Source of the DNA: a virus
Virus record (IMG/VR): IMGVR_UViG_3300005264_000064
Location: 1-64,000 of that record
Length of the DNA stretch: 64,000 nt
Reading direction: 5' to 3' (one strand)
The position numbers were made by a program, and so were the translations under genes. Shown here in pieces: positions 56,633 through 64,000 of this stretch. Each line of letters begins with the position of its first letter. The first letter of the stretch is position 1. The notes under the pieces are model-generated. The model had not been told where the DNA came from, ran no database searches, and saw nothing but the letters and a program-made list of their open reading frames with translations.

Positions 56633-58876
56633 TTAAAATCTTCTAATTTGCTTAAGTATAGTTTTCTCTAGACGTTCTTCGCTTAATGGGGATACCCAGA
56701 AGTCGTTGATGTCTTTGACTAAGTCGATGATTTCTTCTACTGAAGCACCTAATTCTTTGGCATGGTGTGCTGCTGAAATTAGTCGACGAGATCCCTGTCC
56801 GTCAGGTGCGTCGTAGGCATAGTTGAATGTTGCCATAGTGTCACCGAGGGCTGAGGTTTTCTGAGCTGCTGTTAGGGCCTTCGTTGTTGAAGGATTCTTC
56901 GCTGTGTCGTTAGCGTGCATAATGTGGTCACGTACCTTGATCGGTGAGGCGTCTGTTACGGACAGTACTGGAGATGTCGAGTACGAGAAGAATATCTGTG
57001 ACTGAGGTAGTGGATCTACATTAAGAGCTAGCTCACGAGCTATTGACTTGTAGAACGGAATCCATGCGTCGCTGTCTAGGGTGACGACGGCTTCTAATTC
57101 GACAATGACACGAAACTTAAAGTTATTTTCAGGGTCTGACGATAGGGCCACGTGGTGGTTGATGTCGGATAGAATGAAGTGAGCTTCGTCGGCGGTTATT
57201 GTGGAGTCATCGATGTCGAGGACTAGCCATTTGGTACCTGGTAGGAGGTTGTCCTTATTTCGGATACCATCCTTGAAGCGGTACGGACTATAGGCAAAGT
57301 CTCCTTTTAAGAGGTCACCTAGTTCAGCGAACGTTGTTTCTGCTACCTCGAGACCGGAGTTTGCTGTAGAGGCTACCTTATTTTTGGCAGCGTCGATTAG
57401 CTTTTTGTCTTTAGTAGGTACTGCATTGAATATAGGGGTGTTATCTATTTCTTTATAGGTAATGTTGATTGCCGTTACTGGTTCAATGCCTTCATACGTA
57501 ATGCCTGTTTCTGATGCTGTATAAACACCGTTAACATCGTAAGAAGCTGATAGGTGACAAAGATCTCGTAGTTTTTCGATCATGCGTCCTACCCCGTTTA
57601 TGTACCCTAATTTACGTAACATGTGCAGAGATGCTGTAGATTGGTTGTTAACTGCGTTTGCTCGCATATAGTCGGAGAATAGTTGATATGGCTCTTTGAT
57701 GAGTTCGTTTTCGAAATTTGATAAGTCGTCAGCTAGTAGTTCACAGAAGTTGATGGCATGGACATAGTCTTCTGGCTCAATGCGGTCGTGTTGATTGTAG
57801 AGGGCGTAAGCACCTGCCATTTTAAGTGCCTTCCATTGCATATGTTCACGTGAAATTGTAGCTATTGGGTGTAAGGGTGACATTGTAAGCGCAACTTCCT
57901 GGTTGTAACGTTTATACGTGGCGAATAAGAAACGTACCTTAGGGTTTACTTCTAGTGGTTGTCCTAGATGTTTTAGTCCCCACTCAGTCACTATTTCGAC
58001 ACCAGTATTTACTACGGCACGTGCCTCTAGGGCTTTGTCGTCTATTGCAATTTCTGCTTGTATCATCTCCTCGTTGCTTGTGTAATGTACGAGTGGCATT
58101 TCCTCAGGGTTGAAATTGAAGAATGAACGTCTAGCGAGGCGGTTGGAAAACTCCTCACGAAAGAGGTTCTTGGATACCTGGCTTTCGAGTAAGTTTGCCT
58201 GAGAGCCTGCGAATACTGCTGATACAGGAAGGTTGCGGATAGAACGTCCTTGCTCCTCCTTGGCTCCAATTAACTTGACTTCCTTGTGGCCCGTGTCATA
58301 GACTTCTGACATAAAAAGCATAAGTTCTTTGGCGTTTCCTGATGCAAGTTCGCTTGTTACTTCACCAGTGTAGATAAAACCACCGCCGATACCGGAGTCT
58401 TCAAGGTCATTGAAGTGCATAGTCAGACCCTTGATTGAGGATGCTGATGATGCAATGATGTCTTCTGGTTGTCTATAGAACTCTTCATAGTTTTCTGGTG
58501 CTCTAGGGTTGTCAACTCCTGCCTCCATGGCTCTACGGATTGCAAGGTTTGTTGCTTCTACTTGTCTGCGAGACTCTAGTTGGTCGTAGCCTGATTTGAA
58601 GCATTTACGTGCTGCGTTGATTGAGGAGTCTTTTCCTTTTCCCGACTTTGCAAATATGAAAGTTAGGCAGTTGACGGGGATTAGTCCGCCATCCCAGTGT
58701 TGGATATTGCGGCGTAGATGAGATGCAAACAGCATTGCTTCTGTTGCAGCGATAGTTAATTTCATTCGGTGAGGTATTGCTGCAGGAATAGCCTCTGCTA
58801 CTTTGGTGACTATTGGTGCATATGTATTTGACAAAGCTCCTGCTTTTAGAAGTTCGTCTCTTGTTATATCTAGCAT
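56633..58876 (-). CDS. Primase/helicase-type replication protein (P-loop domain plus prim-pol-like C-terminus)
   Basis: AKSGKGKD P-loop, WLVLDID, KFRVIV, helical PriCT-like end. Confidence 0.6.
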   Translation of the reverse strand: MLDITRDELLKAGALSNTYAPIVTKVAEAIPAAIPHRMKLTIAATEAMLFASHLRRNIQHWDGGLIPVNCLTFIFAKSGKGKDSSINAARKCFKSGYDQLESRRQVEATNLAIRRAMEAGVDNPRAPENYEEFYRQPEDIIASSASSIKGLTMHFNDLEDSGIGGGFIYTGEVTSELASGNAKELMLFMSEVYDTGHKEVKLIGAKEEQGRSIRNLPVSAVFAGSQANLLESQVSKNLFREEFSNRLARRSFFNFNPEEMPLVHYTSNEEMIQAEIAIDDKALEARAVVNTGVEIVTEWGLKHLGQPLEVNPKVRFLFATYKRYNQEVALTMSPLHPIATISREHMQWKALKMAGAYALYNQHDRIEPEDYVHAINFCELLADDLSNFENELIKEPYQLFSDYMRANAVNNQSTASLHMLRKLGYINGVGRMIEKLRDLCHLSASYDVNGVYTASETGITYEGIEPVTAINITYKEIDNTPIFNAVPTKDKKLIDAAKNKVASTANSGLEVAETTFAELGDLLKGDFAYSPYRFKDGIRNKDNLLPGTKWLVLDIDDSTITADEAHFILSDINHHVALSSDPENNFKFRVIVELEAVVTLDSDAWIPFYKSIARELALNVDPLPQSQIFFSYSTSPVLSVTDASPIKVRDHIMHANDTAKNPSTTKALTAAQKTSALGDTMATFNYAYDAPDGQGSRRLISAAHHAKELGASVEEIIDLVKDINDFWVSPLSEERLEKTILKQIRRF

Positions 58877-58896
58877 AGGATTCCTTTATTTTATTT

Positions 58897-59123
58897 ATGT
58901 AATTAAATGGATAGTACACGGTACTGAAAAATTTCTGAAGGAATTGGTCTCCAGGTGTTAACATGTGCTGCCCATAGTGGTGTCCAAACAATTTAGAATA
59001 AATTGTTCGGGGAGCCACGGTTGGGCAGCACATGTTAGTGAATAGCGTTGTGTTACATAACCGATGTAGGCTACTACACTATCCGGTGTGCTTATTCTAC
59101 CGATACTACCCATTTAATTACAT
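58897..59123 (-). ncRNA. Retron-like msr-msd cassette B
   Basis: Terminal arms 58897-58923 / 59098-59123, unpaired G at 59097, core 59057-59075, 16-bp perfect stem 58959-58974 / 59022-59037 with an inner 9-bp stem. Confidence 0.8.
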
Positions 59124-59334
59124 TACTGCTACCAGAAACCTACACGTACGAGACTAGCTCTATGCTAGACATGTGTTGAACTGCATTGAACCTGAGAGAT
59201 CTCTCGTAGAGTAGATTCTGGGTTCATTCAGTTCAACACATGTGGTCATAAGCAGTTTATAGATAGCCGATGGAGGCTACTCCACTTACGTGTGTGTTGT
59301 TTATTTCTACGTGTAGGCTTGTGGTAGCAGTAAT
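59122..59334 (-). ncRNA. Retron-like msr-msd cassette A
   Basis: 27-nt arms 59122-59148 / 59308-59334 (25 WC plus 1 G-U), unpaired G at 59307, core 59263-59281, 15-bp perfect stem 59169-59183 / 59229-59243. Confidence 0.8.
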
Positions 59335-59336
59335 TG

Positions 59337-59461
59337 AGTCCTGCTGAACTGTAGGCATACCCTGGCTTTCTCCCGTCTACAGGATTTTAAGAATATGTGT
59401 AACGGAGTATGTACACCGCCTATTGTGGTCGGATCTCTGTTACAAAGAATTTCCAGGAACT
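59337..59461 (-). ncRNA. Structured spacer (two hairpins in a closing stem) between RT stop and cassette A
   Basis: Hairpins 59349-59382 and 59398-59443, imperfect closing pairing 59337-59349 with 59451-59461. Confidence 0.4.
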
Positions 59462-59471
59462 GTTAGTTTGG

Positions 59472-60215
59472 TTATCTGAGAGCTCTTGGTAGTAAGAGTC
59501 TTGACGAGGTGACTAAACCTCCGAGTGATGGACCATTTCTTTGGTGTCTGGCACATCTGATTTTCTTACGTATTTTTCTGGTAGGTGAAATACCTTCTGA
59601 TCCTACCATGACTCCTAGAATACGACGGTTGCCGAATTTGGCGTGATGTATACGGGTTTTAGCCGGGTTGATGGTAAGTCCGTAGTCTGACATGACCTCG
59701 GTGACTATTGCTATTGCTTCGTTGAGTTTTGTATATGACGAAGGCGGAAAAGATAGTTGGATATCATCGGCGTATACCGTAAGTTTGTAGTCTGTATAGT
59801 ATATATCGAATATGTCGCAGATTTCTTTTACCGGTGTAAGTAGATATATGTTTGCAAGCATAGGAGAGGTTGCAAAACCTTGTGCAAGAGTACCATCCGT
59901 GTGGGAAAAATGCTCAGGGTTTTCTAGAGGTACGTTAATGGCATCTATTTTGATTGTGTCGAAACAATTAGATATGTCGAGGCCGATAGTATGGGCGTAG
60001 CCTATGTGCTGGATAGCTGCTGTTACACAGTTCCTGTCTTTGATGAATCCATGGAAAATTTTGTTGTCTCCGAAAAGTTGCGTTTCTCTTGAGTTAAATA
60101 GTGCTGACAACGTTGGTAATATGTTACGCTGTGTAGCTAGCAGATCTGCGTCAGGTGCACATATTCTACGATGTTTGCCGTTCTTTTTCTTTATAGTAAA
60201 TTCACGGTATGTCAT
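59472..60215 (-). CDS. Retron-type reverse transcriptase (compact, 247 aa)
   Basis: YREFTIKKKNGKHRRICAP, HGF..AAIQH (NAxxH-like), LDISNCFDTI, LAQGFATSPMLAN, YADD, INPAKT, ILG (VTG-like). Confidence 0.9.
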   Translation of the reverse strand: MTYREFTIKKKNGKHRRICAPDADLLATQRNILPTLSALFNSRETQLFGDNKIFHGFIKDRNCVTAAIQHIGYAHTIGLDISNCFDTIKIDAINVPLENPEHFSHTDGTLAQGFATSPMLANIYLLTPVKEICDIFDIYYTDYKLTVYADDIQLSFPPSSYTKLNEAIAIVTEVMSDYGLTINPAKTRIHHAKFGNRRILGVMVGSEGISPTRKIRKKIRCARHQRNGPSLGGLVTSSRLLLPRALR

Positions 60216-60224
60216 GTATGTCCT

Positions 60225-61460
60225 TTATTCGGGGTATGCTTCTTCGTGGTATTTCGCTAGTTGTTCGTCTGTGAGATTAACAAGGATAGCTTTATCTACA
60301 CCTATTGCGAGTAGCTCTTCTTGCATCACAATCTTGTCATACTCACGTACTGCTAGCTCGTCGTTGATTTCTTCGTAGCCTTCTAATATTGTTGTAACTA
60401 AATCTTTGCGTGAATAGATACTGTAATCGGTATAGTCCAGGTTAAAGAAGTCGTCTATCGTATGTGCCGCGGCATATAATTTTTCTAAAGGTAGTTGCTC
60501 TAGCTCAGAGAGTTCATACATCTTTGGCACATCTGGTCGTTTTACACTCATTCCTGGTAGTTGTGGAGTTTTAAGCCAGCTGCCTGCGGAAGTATAACGG
60601 AACGTAGACGGTGATATTGCCTTCTTTGTTACGTGCTTAGGGTTAATTAAGAGAAGCGGTAATAGAGTAGTTTGTAGGATGGAAACCAAGGCTGTGTTAT
60701 GGGTTTCCAATAAGGCCGAATTCTTAGCTCTAATTTCGTAGGGTGTATCTTTGCATTGTCCTAGTAACCTTTCTACTGTACTCAGTTGTATGGGTACTCC
60801 CAGTGCTATAGAGTGACAGCGTGCTTCTGTATACGTTGTAGTAGACTCTGTTGAGTTTACGATGCGATACTCTGTGTGCGCTAAGTTGCACTGCCCATTG
60901 TCGATAGCCATAATTGATGCAAAATTCGGTGTTAGGTTACCGGATGTTAATGGGTATACTATACCTGGCTCAGTGATCGTACGGTCTAGATCTGTACCAG
61001 AGAATGATTGTCGCGCAGAGCCTCCAGGATGTCTGTGGATACTGTTGACTGTTGATGTTACAGGTGTGAATTTTACGTTGAACAGATCTTCTAGTTGCTG
61101 CTGGAGGGATGTACCCAATAGCTTAGTTACCTGAGTAGTGTGTACTGGTCTTATTTTCTCTGATGTGGCTTTGACGTCTTTTAATTCGAAGTCGATGTGT
61201 GCACTAGTTACCTGTTGTGGGTAATTGAAGAATACTGTCGGTACTGCGACGTCGAGTATTGAGTCGTCGGCTGCTATGTGCCTGAAGACTAGAGCGTAAT
61301 AGTGCACTTGGAATTCGTTGGAAATTGCTGCAGGGCCTGACCGTGTGTAGATTTCCTGTAGGGTTGCTTGGTTTAAGAGTAGAACTCCTTGATGACGTGA
61401 TGACTCGTAAGTCTGGAAGGTCTTCTTAGTCTTCTGTTGTGGTGGTATTATTGGCTTCAT
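60225..61460 (-). CDS. JAB/JAMM (MPN+) metallopeptidase domain protein
   Basis: NEFQ (catalytic Glu) and IHRHPGGSARQSFSGTD = HxH-x-S-x2-D. Confidence 0.75.
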   Translation of the reverse strand: MKPIIPPQQKTKKTFQTYESSRHQGVLLLNQATLQEIYTRSGPAAISNEFQVHYYALVFRHIAADDSILDVAVPTVFFNYPQQVTSAHIDFELKDVKATSEKIRPVHTTQVTKLLGTSLQQQLEDLFNVKFTPVTSTVNSIHRHPGGSARQSFSGTDLDRTITEPGIVYPLTSGNLTPNFASIMAIDNGQCNLAHTEYRIVNSTESTTTYTEARCHSIALGVPIQLSTVERLLGQCKDTPYEIRAKNSALLETHNTALVSILQTTLLPLLLINPKHVTKKAISPSTFRYTSAGSWLKTPQLPGMSVKRPDVPKMYELSELEQLPLEKLYAAAHTIDDFFNLDYTDYSIYSRKDLVTTILEGYEEINDELAVREYDKIVMQEELLAIGVDKAILVNLTDEQLAKYHEEAYPE

Positions 61461-63039
61461 CGAATTCCTTTATGACATCCTGTAGTGGACGTAAGTATTT
61501 AGTTGTCAGTTTAGCGATCAGCTCAGCGCGGGCTACTTGTGCCATGCGGTAATTTTTAAAGAAGGGGTCTTTTAGAGTACTGAAGTTATCACAGGCAACT
61601 ACTTTAAAGTAACCAGAACCGACGTATATTGTAGTAATATCCGTTGAGGCCATGTTATCTTTAAACAATTGTTCAAAACGTCTTTCTGAGATTAGTGCGG
61701 GGACCTCCAGTTCTATGACATAGTGTTCGTCTTCATCTGTGTACTTTAAGCTTATTTCTTGCTGAGTGTTTGGTTGTAGCTCCAGGTAAGCGTGTATCTC
61801 TTTGTGGTAGTATGCTGCTTGTAGTGTTGTGCAGTCTTGTAACTTTTTAAGTTGGATAATAGCTGCGGCAGGACTGTTGTTCTTGAAAACAGCTATGTGC
61901 TCGGCTGGAAAAACTACTGGAGGAGTGGGTTCTTTTACTATCGGTGTGTAGTCTTCTATGTAACCTGCTTTGTGGTAAAGGAACATCGAGGTATCAATGC
62001 ATTGGTCAGCGTATAGAAGAGCTCCTGGTCGTATCAGTGTACGGTTTAGTGGTGAACCTAAGTATGAGTGATTGAGCGTTGAGAGTCCTTCAAGTGTTTG
62101 CTTCGATTGGCTGCCTGTACAGACGTTATTGAAGATTATGCGATTGTCGTCTGCTTGGATAGTTGAATATGATATATTTGCTGCTAGAAACGGGGTTATC
62201 TGGCAACACTCGCCGTTAGCGCCTGGAGTTAGACGGAGTATTGATGTTCCGTAATAGGGAGCAATGTTTCCTCTTGTTAGTAATTGGTGAGGAAGAGTGT
62301 AGTGTACTGCGGCTGGGTCGTAATATGAGTTGTAGTTCTCAGGTATGTCGACTGCTGGCACTGTCTTGACTACTGTTACTGATGTGCTATCTTTACTTGG
62401 TATTACATCTGTAATTTTAGAAGTGTCTAGTATAACTTCTGTGTTTTTCTTAGAAAGACGTAGTAAGTTGGTAACAGCTGTTGATACCTCGGCTACGGTA
62501 GTATTGTAGGACTTATACGTCTTATCCATTGCTTTTCTGTTAGGGTAGAAATAAACTAGGACTTTAAACTTTATGTTTGAATACGTAGATGTAGTTAAAA
62601 TAGCAGACGCTACCAGTGGGTGGAGTGGGTTAATCATAAGTGCTTTACTCTTTACACCCCGCAGTACTACACCGTAGAAGTTATTGCCGGCCTTTTTTAT
62701 TAGTGTATTTATTATAGGTATTGCTTCTTTGATGGTGTATTCACCATCGAGGGTTAAAATACTTTTTGTGATACTTGTGAAGAACGCTGTACCGTTTGAT
62801 TGTTCTGGATTGAAGTCTGTACCTAGTCGGCCGCGACTGACTGCTAAGCGCTTATAGACGTTTGTGTTTGTGTATATCGGAGTGATGGGTACACCCTTCT
62901 TATAGAACATCAGGGGCTCTTGGTTGCTGGGTTGTGCGCTGAAGGTAGGTACGGCGACTGCTTTTACAAACTCCTTGAACTCGGCTTTGTGCAGGCGTTG
63001 TATGAAAGTATCGCTAGTTCCGGTTATTTGATTATACAT
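61426..63039 (-). CDS. Putative prokaryotic E2-like protein
   Basis: TPFLAANI...FNNVCTGS recalls the catalytic Cys loop of prokaryotic E2 families. Lies between E1 and JAB. Start at MYNQ with AAGGA RBS. Confidence 0.45.
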   Translation of the reverse strand: MYNQITGTSDTFIQRLHKAEFKEFVKAVAVPTFSAQPSNQEPLMFYKKGVPITPIYTNTNVYKRLAVSRGRLGTDFNPEQSNGTAFFTSITKSILTLDGEYTIKEAIPIINTLIKKAGNNFYGVVLRGVKSKALMINPLHPLVASAILTTSTYSNIKFKVLVYFYPNRKAMDKTYKSYNTTVAEVSTAVTNLLRLSKKNTEVILDTSKITDVIPSKDSTSVTVVKTVPAVDIPENYNSYYDPAAVHYTLPHQLLTRGNIAPYYGTSILRLTPGANGECCQITPFLAANISYSTIQADDNRIIFNNVCTGSQSKQTLEGLSTLNHSYLGSPLNRTLIRPGALLYADQCIDTSMFLYHKAGYIEDYTPIVKEPTPPVVFPAEHIAVFKNNSPAAAIIQLKKLQDCTTLQAAYYHKEIHAYLELQPNTQQEISLKYTDEDEHYVIELEVPALISERRFEQLFKDNMASTDITTIYVGSGYFKVVACDNFSTLKDPFFKNYRMAQVARAELIAKLTTKYLRPLQDVIKEFDEANNTTTTED

Positions 63040-63047
63040 GAGGATCC

Positions 63048-63998
63048 TTAAAAATTGTTTGCTTCGGTTGTTGTCATTACGAGATTGTTGTGGTCTAACT
63101 GCCAATGGTAGTTACGATCCGGACGGAGTTTTAGTGTGCCGTCGAATTCGAAATCCATGATGTGTTTATCTGCTTCATGTAAGTCTTGGTCTGAGGCTAA
63201 TAATTTTAGTAGCTCGATCGTCATTTGTAATTGGTTCATAAAGAATGATCCAAGTTGTATGATGCCGTATGTCTCAATTTGGAGATCCATATTTTGTTTA
63301 GGGTTAAGCCAAATTGAACATGACGTGTTGGCATGAGTTGCGCAGATTAAGGGACCAATTTTTGCAAGTTCGTCCCTGTACTCGATTCCGGGTGCGCCGT
63401 ATAGTACTGTGTTATCTACTACGTGCTCTGTTGGGTGTCTCTTTACTATTTCTGAAGATATATATTTCTTTGCTGGTAAGTATTGTTCGTGTATTTCTAA
63501 TGTTCTTGAACCGAGGTTTTTTAGTAGAGGGGTAATAAGCTGTATTTTGTTCAGGTTGCCTCTGGGTATGTTATAGGCAGAACTGTCTAGTGGGAAACGC
63601 AGCATGTTAGAATACTCTACAGATTCTTTTTCGAATACTGCTACTTTTGAAAATATTTTATAGGTGCTTGTCAGCTTTGTTAATTCTGATAGCCAATAAG
63701 CTGTGTTCATTCCGGTACCCCCCGCCCCAAGAAATACGAAGTTTAACTTCTTTCTTTTGACTTCTGTCAGTAGCTGTTTAATGTCCTTTAGGGTGTACCC
63801 GAGAACTCTAAGTAGCTGGTCTGTAGGGACTTTTTTTACGTTTAGATACTCTGCTACAAATGGTGAGATAGCTACTGCCGTTGATGGTATATCGCTATTT
63901 TCTTGGATTTGTTTTTTGTCGCCGTTGTATCTAAACATTAATCGAGGAAAGAAGCTGTCCATTACTACGTTGGAAAGTCCTGACTTTGGTCTGTCGAA
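63048..63998 (-). CDS. ThiF/E1-like adenylating enzyme, 5'-truncated by window edge
   Basis: FVFLGAGGTG Rossmann loop, FEKESVEYSNMLRFP (D.D.VE.SNL.RQ-like), NK. Frame is open to the window end. Confidence 0.75.
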   Translation of the reverse strand, partial: FDRPKSGLSNVVMDSFFPRLMFRYNGDKKQIQENSDIPSTAVAISPFVAEYLNVKKVPTDQLLRVLGYTLKDIKQLLTEVKRKKLNFVFLGAGGTGMNTAYWLSELTKLTSTYKIFSKVAVFEKESVEYSNMLRFPLDSSAYNIPRGNLNKIQLITPLLKNLGSRTLEIHEQYLPAKKYISSEIVKRHPTEHVVDNTVLYGAPGIEYRDELAKIGPLICATHANTSCSIWLNPKQNMDLQIETYGIIQLGSFFMNQLQMTIELLKLLASDQDLHEADKHIMDFEFDGTLKLRPDRNYHWQLDHNNLVMTTTEANNF

Positions 63999-64000
63999 GA

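Noticed and set aside
58605-59033. 142-aa minus-strand ORF across cassette B
   Set aside because: Overlaps the primase gene out of frame, runs through a perfect long hairpin, and has no RBS or recognisable motif.
58897-59334. CRISPR array or diversity-generating retroelement TR/VR interpretation of the repeats near the RT
   Set aside because: Only a 19-nt core recurs, there is no regular repeat-spacer periodicity, I saw no ~100-bp pair differing at adenines and no avd-like gene, and the RT motifs are retron-like.
59472-60215. Group II intron RT
   Set aside because: Too short, no maturase or endonuclease domain, and no interrupted host gene.

Overview
The window is about 64 kb of an N4-like (Schitoviridae-type) phage genome. 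The host is probably Campylobacterota, judging from TTAAG..N..GGTATAAT promoters and AAGGA ribosome binding sites. The left arm (1-36.3 kb, + strand) holds terminase, tail fibres, lysis genes, portal, capsid, ejection proteins and a split virion RNA polymerase, with an ACP / ketoacyl-synthase / possible acyltransferase cassette inserted among the virion genes. The right arm (36.3-64 kb, - strand) holds a Tad2-like protein, PhoH, ClpP, an intein-bearing ribonucleotide reductase, HU, a split family-A DNA polymerase, helicase, SSB, AAA ATPase, a PD-(D/E)XK nuclease, an RNA-repair cluster and primase. The main observation is a very compact retron-type reverse transcriptase (59472-60215) at the end of an E1(ThiF)-E2-JAB ubiquitin-like operon. 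It is followed by three separate msr/msd-like non-coding cassettes: two abut just downstream of the RT (59122-59334 and 58897-59123) and one sits alone about 7 kb away (51710-51921). All three share a 19-nt msr hairpin and an unpaired candidate branching G, but their closing arms and msd hairpins differ. Several essential genes carry apparent deletions or frameshifts, and the 10-mer GGGTGTACCC is strongly over-represented. All family assignments come from motif recognition by eye; no database searches were run.
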